Of a stretch of 64,000 nt of DNA, positions 1 to 9,279 are shown in pieces (the stretch's first letter is position 1; every line of letters starts with the position of its first letter). The notes under the pieces were generated by a model. That model searched no databases and had not been told where the DNA came from. It saw only the letters and a list, made by a program, of their open reading frames with translations. Both the position numbers and the translations under genes were made by a program. The stretch comes from an uncultured Candidatus Saccharibacteria bacterium (lineage in GTDB: Bacteria > Patescibacteriota > Minisyncoccia > Portnoybacterales > UBA2143), in contig CAYPQZ010000014.1 of assembly GCA_964413015.1 (NCBI GenBank), forward strand, positions 459-64,458, in the 5' to 3' direction.

Positions 1-3
1 GGT

Positions 4-459
4 ATGTTTGTTAAACAACAAGAGAAAAAAGAATACGAACAGAAATTACTTGACGTTGCTCGGGTTGTCAGGGTTATGGCTGGCGGCCGGCGCTTTAGAT
101 TCAGGGCAACGGTGGTTATTGGAAACCGGAAAGGCAAAGTTGGTTTAGGCGTGTCCAAGGGACAGGATATTAGCTTAGCTGTTGAAAAGGCCGTTCTGAA
201 TGCGGAAAAGAATATTATTCAGGTCAATTTGAATGAAGGAACAATCCCTCATGAATCAGAGGCAAAATTCGGCAGTGCCAAGGTTTTGCTTAAACCGGGC
301 GTTAAAGGTAAAGGAATTGTTGCCGGAGGCTCAGTTAGAATAGTCTGTGATTTAGCCGGGATAAGCAGTGTTTCAGGCAAGGCTTTAGGCAAGACTAAGA
401 ACAAACTAAATAATGCGCAAGCAACCATTAAGGCCCTGAAAAATTTAAAGACGAAATAG
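4..459 (+). CDS. rpsE: 30S ribosomal protein S5
   Basis: RVVRVMAGGRRFRFRATVVIGN...VGLGVSKG and AGGSVR motifs; upstream of L15 and SecY. Confidence 0.97.
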   Translation: MFVKQQEKKEYEQKLLDVARVVRVMAGGRRFRFRATVVIGNRKGKVGLGVSKGQDISLAVEKAVLNAEKNIIQVNLNEGTIPHESEAKFGSAKVLLKPGVKGKGIVAGGSVRIVCDLAGISSVSGKALGKTKNKLNNAQATIKALKNLKTK

Positions 460-463
460 ATTT

Positions 464-940
464 ATGCAATTGCATCAATTGGGACCAACTCATTATAGGA
501 AATCTCGTAAACGTATTGGCCGTGGCGGTAAAAAAGGGACCTATTCCGGCCAAGGCATTAAGGGGCAGAAATCTCGTGCCGGGAAAAAACCACGACCGGG
601 CTTTGCCGGAGGAGACACTTCTTTAAGTATGCGTTTACCTAAAAAAAGAGGTGCTGTTGGCCGTCACAAAACTACCAAAACAAGGAAAGGAGTGCGTCTT
701 AACAGATTAAAACTTCAAGGCAAGCCGGTGATTCTTAATTTGGAAGATATTAAGCGAAAGTTTAAGAACGACGAGGTGGTCTCTCCCAAAAGTTTGTTAG
801 ACAAGAAATTGATTGGTAAAATAAAAGGGAGAATCCCCCGTGTAAAGATTTTAGGCAGGGGGGATATGCCTAAAAAATTAATCATTAAGGGTTGTCAGGT
901 ATCAAAGCAAGCTATGGAGAAAATTAAGAAAACGGTTTAG
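464..940 (+). CDS. rplO: 50S ribosomal protein L15
   Basis: RKRIGRGGKKGTYSGQGIKGQKSRAG...GFAGG..L.MRLPK; spc operon position. Confidence 0.96.
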   Translation: MQLHQLGPTHYRKSRKRIGRGGKKGTYSGQGIKGQKSRAGKKPRPGFAGGDTSLSMRLPKKRGAVGRHKTTKTRKGVRLNRLKLQGKPVILNLEDIKRKFKNDEVVSPKSLLDKKLIGKIKGRIPRVKILGRGDMPKKLIIKGCQVSKQAMEKIKKTV

Positions 941-1011
941 TAGCTTGTATTTTGTATTTAATATTTCGTATGAAATACGAGATACTAGATATGAAACACG
1001 AAATTCGAAAC
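938..1011. repeat. Heptamer-based imperfect palindromic intergenic element (TATTTYG-like arm, AAATACN-like arm)
   Basis: tagtagcttgtattttgtatttaatatttcgtatg aaatacg agatact agatatg aaacacg aaattcg aaac; similar to 50835-50906. Confidence 0.7.
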
Positions 1012-2292
1012 ATGTGGTTGGATAAAATAATTCAAATTTTTAAAATTAAGGACCTACGCAAGAAAATCTTCTTCGTATTGATGATTCTGGTTATTTTCCG
1101 AATAGCGGCTAATATTCCGGTTCCGGGAATTGATATTGAACGTTTAAAGCAGTTTTTTGCCAGTAACCAGCTGTTTGGCCTTTTAAATATTTTTACCGGC
1201 GGAGCTATGAGCAATCTGTCAATCATTATGTTAGGCCTGGGCCCGTTCATTACCGCCACGATTATCATGCAGCTGCTAACTATGATTTTCCCTCAACTGG
1301 AAGCTCTTTACAAAGAAGAAGGCGAGGCTGGCCGTCAGAAATTTAACCAGTACAGCCGCATTTTGACTGTTCCCTTAGCGATTCTTCAGTCCTATGGCAT
1401 GCTGACACTTTTAAGCCAGCAGGGTGTTCTGGCCTCTTTATCCTTAATGCAGTGGATTACCTCTATTTCAGTTATTACAGCTGGGGCGTTGTTTTTGATG
1501 TGGCTGGGTGAATTGATTTCTGAAAAAGGAATTGGTAACGGCGTTTCCTTGCTGATTTTTGCCGGAATTGTTTCCGGAGTGCCGATTTCAATAAGAGAAT
1601 TGGCAGTTACTTATGATGCTTCGAAAATCCCTTCGTATATAGCCTTTTTTGTTTTAGCCTTAATTATCACGGCTGGCGTGGTAGTAATTACCGAGGGACG
1701 GAGAAATATCCCGGTGTCTTACGCTAAACAGGTCCGGGGGCATCGGGTTTACGGAGGCGTTTCCACTTATCTTCCTCTGAATGTGAATCCAGCCGGAGTA
1801 ATTCCAATCATTTTTGCTCTGTCAATTATGCTTTTCCCTGGCATGGTCGCTAATTTCTTAAGTGCTTCAAGTATTGGCTGGCTGGCTGGTTTTGCTCAGA
1901 CAATTGGCAATCTTTTCCAGAATGCCTGGTTCTACGGAATCTGCTATTTTATTCTAGTAGTTCTCTTTACCTATTTTTATACTGCAGTCACTTTTGATCC
2001 TAAGAATGTGGCTAATAATTTGCAAAAAATGGGCGGTTTTGTCCCCGGAATTCGGCCGGGCAAATCTACTTCCGATTTCCTTTATTTTATTCTTAACCGG
2101 GTACTCCTTTTCGGCGCTATCTTTTTGGGAACAATCGCGGTTTTGCCTTCCATTGTCCAGGGAGCTACCGGGATAACTGCTTTTGGGTTTGCCATTGGCG
2201 GCACTGCCTTGCTAATTGTCGTTTCGGTTGTTTTGGAAACTATTCGTCAAATAAATTCTCAATTAACTATGAGGGATTACGATGAGTTATAA
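1012..2292 (+). CDS. secY: Preprotein translocase subunit SecY (likely start ATG 1012; the longer ORF from 952 runs through a repeat)
   Basis: IPVPGID, LGLGPFITATIIMQLL, GIGNGVSLLIFAGIV, AGVIPIIFA, PGIRPG motifs. Confidence 0.97.
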   Translation: MWLDKIIQIFKIKDLRKKIFFVLMILVIFRIAANIPVPGIDIERLKQFFASNQLFGLLNIFTGGAMSNLSIIMLGLGPFITATIIMQLLTMIFPQLEALYKEEGEAGRQKFNQYSRILTVPLAILQSYGMLTLLSQQGVLASLSLMQWITSISVITAGALFLMWLGELISEKGIGNGVSLLIFAGIVSGVPISIRELAVTYDASKIPSYIAFFVLALIITAGVVVITEGRRNIPVSYAKQVRGHRVYGGVSTYLPLNVNPAGVIPIIFALSIMLFPGMVANFLSASSIGWLAGFAQTIGNLFQNAWFYGICYFILVVLFTYFYTAVTFDPKNVANNLQKMGGFVPGIRPGKSTSDFLYFILNRVLLFGAIFLGTIAVLPSIVQGATGITAFGFAIGGTALLIVVSVVLETIRQINSQLTMRDYDEL

Positions 2293-2956
2293 TATGCCTG
2301 GCAAAAAATCACAAATATTTATTCTGTTGGGCCGGTCTGGTTGCGGCAAAGGCACTCAGGCTAAGCTTTTATTGGAAAGCTTTAATTTAAGCTATTTAAG
2401 CAGCGGGGATTTGCTTAGGGAAAGATCCCAAGAAGGAGATTTTACCGGGGAAAAACTAAAGAAAGTAATGGATGGGGGTGATTTAGTTCCCACGCCGATT
2501 ATGTTTAGCGTCTGGGCGAAAAAGATAGAGGGACTAAAGCAGAAAGTTGACAAACAGGGTCTAGTTATTGATGGCAGCCCGCGCTCTCTGGGAGAGGCAA
2601 AATTAATGGACAGCGTTTTTAAATGGTATGAATGGAGTCAGGTAAAAATTTTCTTGCTGGATATTTCAGAAGAAGAGGCCCTTGGCCGGTTGACTAAGCG
2701 TCGGATTTGTAAAAAATGCGGCCGGTTAATTCCCTGGGTGGGCGAGTTTAAAAAACTGAAAAAATGCGATAAATGCGGAGGCGAACTGGAAACTCGTTTT
2801 GACGACAAACCCAAAGCGATAAAGGCCCGTCTAGATTTTTACAATAAGGATGTTCAGCCAGCAGTTGACTATTACCAGAAACAAGGGCGGCTGATGAAAA
2901 TTGACGGCGAACAGTCAATAGACGATGTTTACAAGGAGATTAAGAAATGGTGTTAA
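2282..2956 (+). CDS. adk: Adenylate kinase with Zn-binding LID
   Basis: GRSGCGKGTQA P-loop, SSGDLLR, IDGSPR, CKKC..CDKC LID; follows secY. Confidence 0.93.
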   Translation: MSYNMPGKKSQIFILLGRSGCGKGTQAKLLLESFNLSYLSSGDLLRERSQEGDFTGEKLKKVMDGGDLVPTPIMFSVWAKKIEGLKQKVDKQGLVIDGSPRSLGEAKLMDSVFKWYEWSQVKIFLLDISEEEALGRLTKRRICKKCGRLIPWVGEFKKLKKCDKCGGELETRFDDKPKAIKARLDFYNKDVQPAVDYYQKQGRLMKIDGEQSIDDVYKEIKKWC

Positions 2957-3690
2957 TAAAAACTCCGGAGCAAATTGAGATTATGGCTCAAGCTGGCCAG
3001 ATTCTGTCTCGAGTTATTAAGGAATTAAAAAATAGAGTTGAACCCGGAATAACCACTCAAAGCTTGGATAAGCTCGCTGAAGAGCTTATTTTAAATTCCA
3101 ACGCCCGGCCTGCTTTTAAGAATTACAAAGGATTTCCAGCCGCTTTATGCGCTTCAATCAACGAACAAATTGTCCATGGAGTACCCTCGCAGAGAACCTT
3201 AAAAGAGGGCGATATTTTAAGTTTAGACTTAGGGGTAACTTACAAAGGATTTTGCTCAGATATGGCCGTGACTGTGCCGGTAGGGGCGATTTCTCCAGAA
3301 GTTGGCCGTTTGCTTAGGGTAACCAAAAAATCGCTTAAAAGGGCCATCCATAGGGCTAAGCCGGGGAAGACTCTGGGCGATATCGGTCAAGCGATTCAAA
3401 CATATATTGAATCTCAGGGTTTTCAGGTAGTTAAAGAACTGTGCGGACATGGAATTGGCCAGCAAGTTCACGAAGACCCGGAAGTGCTTAATTTCGGACA
3501 GCGTCATAAGGGACTGGAATTGAAAGCAGGCATGGTAATCGCTATTGAACCGATGGCGGTTATGGGCCATCCGGGAATAAAAAAAGGCCCAGACGGGTCT
3601 TGCTACCAGACAGCTGACAACAGCTTGTCAGCTCATTTTGAACATACGGTGGCTGTGACTGATAAAGGACCGAGAGTTTTAACGGAATAA
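2947..3690 (+). CDS. map: Methionine aminopeptidase type I
   Basis: CASINEQIVHGVP, DLG...SDMA, GHGIG..HEDP, AIEPM, SAHFEHT. Confidence 0.97.
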   Translation: MVLIKTPEQIEIMAQAGQILSRVIKELKNRVEPGITTQSLDKLAEELILNSNARPAFKNYKGFPAALCASINEQIVHGVPSQRTLKEGDILSLDLGVTYKGFCSDMAVTVPVGAISPEVGRLLRVTKKSLKRAIHRAKPGKTLGDIGQAIQTYIESQGFQVVKELCGHGIGQQVHEDPEVLNFGQRHKGLELKAGMVIAIEPMAVMGHPGIKKGPDGSCYQTADNSLSAHFEHTVAVTDKGPRVLTE

Positions 3691-3739
3691 TATAAAAACA
3701 GTCTTAATTAGAAAATTTAAGAATTGTCCTTTTATCTTT

Positions 3740-5512
3740 CTATTTCTTCTTCTCGATTTCTTCCTTAATTTTCTCAACAAACTTATTTATTTTCATGGGG
3801 CCTAAATCGCCCTTTTTTCTATCTCTAACGGCAACTGATTTAGCTTTTTGTTCTTTCCCGCCGACTACCAAGAGATAGGGAATTTTTTGAAGCTCTCCCT
3901 CCCTAATTTTCTTGCTTAGAGTTTCGTTATGGTCGCTTAATTCAACCCGGATATCTTCATCTTTCAACTGTTTTTCAATTTGTTGGGCGTATCGGTTGAA
4001 TTTCTGGCTAACCGGGATAATCTGTGCTTGAACCGGAGATAGCCAAACCGGCAGAGCGCCGCCGTGATGTTCCAACAAACATCCTAAAAATCGAGTATCG
4101 GTAGCTCCCAAAACAGTCCGGTGAATCATGATTGGCTGTTGTTTTTTACTTTGGCTATCAATATAGCTTAAATTGAATTTCTCTGGGAAATTGAAATCAA
4201 CCTGGATGGTTGGTCCCTGCCAACCACGTCCCAGGGCGTCAATCAGTTTAATATCAATCTTTGGCCCGTAAAACACAGCTTCTCCTTCAGCCCGATGGTA
4301 TTTCAGTTTCTTTTTTTCCAGAGCATAGACCAAAGCTTGTTCCGCTTTTTCCCAGATTTTGTCGCTTCCCAGGTAATCCTTTTTTTTGCCCTTAGGATCG
4401 CGAACCGCTAATTCAAATTCATATTTTTTAAAGCCAAAGGTTTTCAGCATAAAAAGAGCCAAATTAAGAACTCCCAAGACTTCTTGCCCTACCTGGTCAG
4501 GCCGGCAGAATATATGGGCGTCGTCTTGAGTGAATCCACGCACTCTTAGAAGTCCATGGAGCACGCCGGCTTTTTCATAACGGTAAACGGTGCCTAATTC
4601 GCAATACCGGATAGGTAATTCTTTATAAGAACGAATTTGCGATTGGTAAATTTGAACGTGGAAAGGGCAATTCATTGGCTTTAGCAAATATTGGTTTTCT
4701 TCGATTTCCATTGGTGAATAAAGGTTTTCTCTGTAAAACTGCCAATGGCCGGATTTTTTCCAGAGGTCTAATTTACCGATATGAGGGCTGGAAACATATT
4801 GATAGCCCTTTTTTTGATGTTCTTTTTTCCAGAATTTTTCAATTTCCTCTCTAATGGTAGCTCCTTTTGGCTTGAGAATAACCAGACCTGGACCAACTTC
4901 TTCGGAAATCATGTAAAGATTCATCATCCGGTTTAAATTCCGATGGTCTCTTTTTTCGGCTTCAGTTTGCTGTTTCAAATATTCATTTAGCTCTTTTTTG
5001 CTCTTAAAGGCGACTCCGTAAATCCGCTGGAGCATTTTATTCTTCTCATCGCCCTTCCAGTAAGCGCCGGCAATTTTAGTTAATTTAAAAGCTTCAGAAT
5101 CAATTTCTTTGGTTGATTGGACATGCGGACCGCGGCATAAATCAGTGAAATCGCCAGTTTGGTAAATAGTTACTTTTTTAGCATTCTCATTTTTTTGTAA
5201 ATCCCTAATCAATTCAATTTTATAGGGCTGTTTTAATTTTTTAAATAAATCTAGAGCTTCTTTAATAGTTAATTCTTTTTTTTCAAAGGACAGACCCTGC
5301 TTAATCAGTTCCCGCATCTTCTTCTCTATTTTAGGCAAGTCTTCAAGAGTCAATGAGCGTTTTAAATCAAGATCGTAATAGAAACCGTTTTCAATAACTG
5401 GCCCAATGCCAAACTTGGCTTCTGAATGAAGTTGTTGAATAACAGTCGCCAAAACGTGAGAAGTTGAATGGCGAATAATTTCAATGCTAATTTTATCAGA
5501 ATTTATGCTCAT
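3740..5512 (-). CDS. thrS: Threonine--tRNA ligase
   Basis: RHSTSH, DLCRGPHV, KPMNCP, LRVRGFTQDDAHIFC, FYGPKID. Confidence 0.97.
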   Translation of the reverse strand: MSINSDKISIEIIRHSTSHVLATVIQQLHSEAKFGIGPVIENGFYYDLDLKRSLTLEDLPKIEKKMRELIKQGLSFEKKELTIKEALDLFKKLKQPYKIELIRDLQKNENAKKVTIYQTGDFTDLCRGPHVQSTKEIDSEAFKLTKIAGAYWKGDEKNKMLQRIYGVAFKSKKELNEYLKQQTEAEKRDHRNLNRMMNLYMISEEVGPGLVILKPKGATIREEIEKFWKKEHQKKGYQYVSSPHIGKLDLWKKSGHWQFYRENLYSPMEIEENQYLLKPMNCPFHVQIYQSQIRSYKELPIRYCELGTVYRYEKAGVLHGLLRVRGFTQDDAHIFCRPDQVGQEVLGVLNLALFMLKTFGFKKYEFELAVRDPKGKKKDYLGSDKIWEKAEQALVYALEKKKLKYHRAEGEAVFYGPKIDIKLIDALGRGWQGPTIQVDFNFPEKFNLSYIDSQSKKQQPIMIHRTVLGATDTRFLGCLLEHHGGALPVWLSPVQAQIIPVSQKFNRYAQQIEKQLKDEDIRVELSDHNETLSKKIREGELQKIPYLLVVGGKEQKAKSVAVRDRKKGDLGPMKINKFVEKIKEEIEKKK

Positions 5513-8500
5513 TATTCCAATACTTTAACACCGTCGCAGATTATTTTCAAGTCGTCGTCGCGGTCGCTGATTCTCCCGCTGACTAAAACAACTTTTTCTT
5601 CCTGCCAGGCCATAGAAGTTTGTTCAAGAGTATTTGGGAAAACCAGCACTTCTATCCGGCCGGTGGTATCTTCTATTTCAACGAAAAGCATCGGCTTCCC
5701 GGTTCGAGTATTAATTTTTTTAATTTTGTTGATAAATCCGCCTATTTTAACTTGGTGATTTGGTTGATTCTTATAAAGATTTTTACAAGAAGTAACTGTT
5801 TTAGCTAATTGTCTTTCGTAGTTTCTGAAAGGATGTTCTGAAACATAAAGGCCTAGCAATTCCTTTTCCCAGCTAAGCATTTCTTTCTTGCCAGTCGGCA
5901 AGACCTCCGGCAGCTTGAAAGAAGATACTTTAACGTTTGGCTGTCCGGCAAACAGACTGGCTTGCCCATTTTCTTTAGCTCGTTGGCTCTCTCTGGATAA
6001 ATTGAGAATTTGTTCCATAACGGATAGAATTTGATTTCTTTCTCCGAATGAATCTAATGCTCCGCATTTAGTTAAGCTTTCTAAAGATTTCTTGTTTAGG
6101 TCTCTGGAGTTAACCCTTTCAATAAAATCGGTCATTGATTTGAAATGGCCATTGGTTTTTCTTTCCTGGACAATGTTTTCTACAATGTTATGCCCGACGT
6201 TTTTTATCGCATTAAGGCCGAACCGGATTACCTTCTCGTTTGCCCGGCTGAAATCCTGGCTGCTTTCATTGATGTCGGGAGGCAGGACTTTCATTCCCAT
6301 TTGCTGGCACTCATTGACCAGAAAAGCAATCCGTTCAATATCGTCCTGCTCCGAGGTCATTAAGGCAGCCATGAATTCAGTAGGAAAACGCGCCTTAAGA
6401 TAGGCGGTCTGGTATCCTATTAAGGCGTAACAAGTGGCGTGGCTGGCGTTAAAGCCGTATTGAGCAAAAGGTTCAATAGTTTTCCATATTCTTTTTGCGG
6501 TTTTGGCTTCAATCTGGTTACTGATCATCCCTTGAATCATTTTTTCCTTTTGTTCATCCAATAGTTTTTTAATCTTTTTCCCAACTGCTTTTCTAAGGAC
6601 ATCGGCTTCTGAAAGGGTAAATCCAGCTAGGTCTTGAGCAATCCGCATCAGCTGTTCCTGATAAACACAAATACCGTAGGTGTTTTCTAAAATTGGCTTA
6701 AGCAAGGGATGGGAATAAGTGATTTTTTTATGGCCATGTTTGCGAGCGATAAATTCGGGGATAAATTCCATTGGCCCAGGCCGGTATAAAGCGACCATGG
6801 CTATAATATCGGCAAACTGGCTTGGCTCAAGCTGTTTCAGGTATCTTTTCATGCCTGATGATTCAAGCTGGAAGACGCCGGTAGTATTAGCCTTTTTGAA
6901 TAAATCAAATGTTTCCTGGTCATCTAAAGGAATATTCTCTAAATTAATCTTTTGTTGACTATGTTCCTCTACCTGATTAAGCGTATTCTGAATAACCGTT
7001 AGAGTCTTAAGCCCAAGAAAGTCCATTTTCAAAAGCCCTAAATCTTCAATTGAATGCATTTCATACTGAGTGACGATTGATTGGTCATTTTGGGTTGAAA
7101 ACTGGCAGGGAACCATTTCGCTCAAGGGTTCCTTAGTAATCACTACTCCGCAGGCATGAGTGGAAGCGTGCCGGACAACTCCCTCCAATTTCATAGACAT
7201 ATCAATTAGCCGCTTGGTATTTTCGTCTGATTCATAATTGCTATGCAGTTCCTGAGATTCATAAATGGCTTTTTCCAAATTTGAACCAAAGGGGATCATT
7301 TTGGCTATTTGGTCGCAAAAGTTATAGGAATAATCAAGCGTTCGGCCAACGTCACGGACTGCGGCCCGAGCAGCCATAGTCCCAAAAGTAATGATTTGGG
7401 CAACGTGCCTCCGACCATATTTTTTGGCTACGTATTCGATTACTTCATCGCGTCGGTCATCGGCAAAATCCAGGTCAATATCAGGCATAGAAATCCGTTC
7501 GGGATTTAAAAATCGTTCAAAAAGAAGATTGTATTTGAGCGGGTTAACGGCGGTTATTCCGATAAGATATGAGATAATTGAACCGGCAGCGCTGCCGCGG
7601 CCTGGTCCACAAACAATATTTTGAGATTTAGCCCAATTGACAAAATCTTGGACAATTAAAAAATAGGAAGCAAAACCGGTTTTTTTAATAACTCCTAATT
7701 CGTAATCTATGCGTTCCAGGACTTCGTTTAAAGGCGCTTCAAACTTTTTCTCCTCAAGGCCCTTTTCGCATAATTCTTTTAGGTATCCTTCGGGTGTTTG
7801 TTCTTTAGGGACTTTGAAATAAGGTAATTGAATTTTGCCTAGTTCAAATTCAAAGTCGCATTGGCTGACAATTCTCTGGGTATTCTCAATCGCTTCCGGA
7901 ACATCTTTAAAGTCTTTAATCATTTGTTCCATTGGCCTAAGCGAAAAATCGTCCGCTCTCATGGTTAAGCGGTCCTGATCATCCAGCCGCTTGTCGGTTT
8001 GAATTCCCATTAAAACGTCTTGAGCTTCAGCATCTTCTGGTTTGACATAATGGACATCATTGGTGGCGATTAAGGGAATTTTATTCTTATGAGCAATTTT
8101 AATTAAGGTATCATTAACTTGTTTTTGGTGAGTTAACCCCGGATGATGCTGTATTTCCAGATAAAAGTTGCCTTTGCCGAAAATATCCTGGTATTCCAAG
8201 GCTAATTCTTCAGCTTTTTTTGTTTTCCCGTTAATAATCGCTTGAGGAATTTCGCCGGCCAAACAAGCCGATGAACCAATCAATCCGTTAGCATGCTCTC
8301 TCAGCAATTCTTTATCAATTCGCGGTTTGTAATAGAATCCTTCTAAATGAGCCTTAGTGGTCAGTCTGACTAAATTCCGATATCCTTCCTTGTTTTTAAC
8401 TAAAAGAACTAAATGGTAGCGCTTATTATCAATGTTCGGCCTTTTTTGGCGCCGGCTTTCAAAAGCCACGTAGGCCTCACATCCAATAATCGGCCGAAGG

Positions 8501-8673
8501 CCTCTTTTTTTGGCCTTTTGATAAAACTCAACCACTCCGTACATATTACCGTGGTCGGTTAGGGCAATTGAAGGCATTTTTAATTCCTGGCAGGCGTCCA
8601 AAAGCTGGTCTATTTTAGCCAGTCCGTCCAGCAGGGAATAGTGCGAGTGAACGTGTAAATGAGTAAATTTCAT
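5512..8673 (-). CDS. dnaE: DNA polymerase III alpha subunit
   Basis: HLHVHSHYSLLDG PHP domain, GRGSAAGS, FERFLNPER..MPDIDLDF, KMDFLGL; no intein seen. Confidence 0.98.
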   Translation of the reverse strand: MKFTHLHVHSHYSLLDGLAKIDQLLDACQELKMPSIALTDHGNMYGVVEFYQKAKKRGLRPIIGCEAYVAFESRRQKRPNIDNKRYHLVLLVKNKEGYRNLVRLTTKAHLEGFYYKPRIDKELLREHANGLIGSSACLAGEIPQAIINGKTKKAEELALEYQDIFGKGNFYLEIQHHPGLTHQKQVNDTLIKIAHKNKIPLIATNDVHYVKPEDAEAQDVLMGIQTDKRLDDQDRLTMRADDFSLRPMEQMIKDFKDVPEAIENTQRIVSQCDFEFELGKIQLPYFKVPKEQTPEGYLKELCEKGLEEKKFEAPLNEVLERIDYELGVIKKTGFASYFLIVQDFVNWAKSQNIVCGPGRGSAAGSIISYLIGITAVNPLKYNLLFERFLNPERISMPDIDLDFADDRRDEVIEYVAKKYGRRHVAQIITFGTMAARAAVRDVGRTLDYSYNFCDQIAKMIPFGSNLEKAIYESQELHSNYESDENTKRLIDMSMKLEGVVRHASTHACGVVITKEPLSEMVPCQFSTQNDQSIVTQYEMHSIEDLGLLKMDFLGLKTLTVIQNTLNQVEEHSQQKINLENIPLDDQETFDLFKKANTTGVFQLESSGMKRYLKQLEPSQFADIIAMVALYRPGPMEFIPEFIARKHGHKKITYSHPLLKPILENTYGICVYQEQLMRIAQDLAGFTLSEADVLRKAVGKKIKKLLDEQKEKMIQGMISNQIEAKTAKRIWKTIEPFAQYGFNASHATCYALIGYQTAYLKARFPTEFMAALMTSEQDDIERIAFLVNECQQMGMKVLPPDINESSQDFSRANEKVIRFGLNAIKNVGHNIVENIVQERKTNGHFKSMTDFIERVNSRDLNKKSLESLTKCGALDSFGERNQILSVMEQILNLSRESQRAKENGQASLFAGQPNVKVSSFKLPEVLPTGKKEMLSWEKELLGLYVSEHPFRNYERQLAKTVTSCKNLYKNQPNHQVKIGGFINKIKKINTRTGKPMLFVEIEDTTGRIEVLVFPNTLEQTSMAWQEEKVVLVSGRISDRDDDLKIICDGVKVLE

Positions 8674-8759
8674 GGTTTCAGTATATCACTTTCCCTCCTC
8701 TTGGCAAATTATCCACATAGGCTCTTTGATTAATTGGAGATTTGATTTATAATTAAATT

Positions 8760-9182
8760 ATGATTGGTTTTCAGAAAGCCGCTGTTCTATTCAGCATATT
8801 TTTCCTCTTTTTATTAGGGGCTAATTTGGCTTACGCGATTGGGTTTGAAGGTCCCATAGTTCCTTGCGGCACTGAATCTAATCCGGAAAATTGTACTCTT
8901 TGTCATTTATGGGAGTTAATCAGCAATATTATTAATTTCATTACCTTAAATTTGGCTTTACCGGTAGCGGCTGTTCTATTTATTGTTGCCGGTATTATTT
9001 TTATAGTTGCGGGCGATAATGAAGAAAAAATTAATTTAGCAAAAACGATTTTCAAAAATACGGTTATTGGGTTGGTTATTATCTTCTGCAGTTGGCTGTT
9101 AGTTGACACTTTGGTTAAAACAATTGCCGGCAATTTGCAAAAAATTATTGGCGCCTGGAATGATTTTCCTAAATGCGATTAG
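8760..9182 (+). CDS. CPR-type pilin-like membrane protein (signal peptide, Cys-containing loop, two TM helices)
   Basis: IVPCG...CTLCHL..LI.NIINF followed by two hydrophobic helices, resembling VirB2/TrbC-like pilins of Parcubacteria. Confidence 0.6.
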   Translation: MIGFQKAAVLFSIFFLFLLGANLAYAIGFEGPIVPCGTESNPENCTLCHLWELISNIINFITLNLALPVAAVLFIVAGIIFIVAGDNEEKINLAKTIFKNTVIGLVIIFCSWLLVDTLVKTIAGNLQKIIGAWNDFPKCD

Positions 9183-9206
9183 TGTTAAAAATAAAGAGTG
9201 TTAATC

Positions 9207-9242
9207 AACCGTTAAACCTGTTTGTTTGACGGTTTTTATTTC
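9207..9242 (+). terminator. Intrinsic terminator
   Basis: aaccgttaaac-ctgttt-gtttgacggtt followed by T run. Confidence 0.7.
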
Positions 9243-9279
9243 TTCTTGAAAATGCGTTTTTGTGCGGTATAATGAAGCC

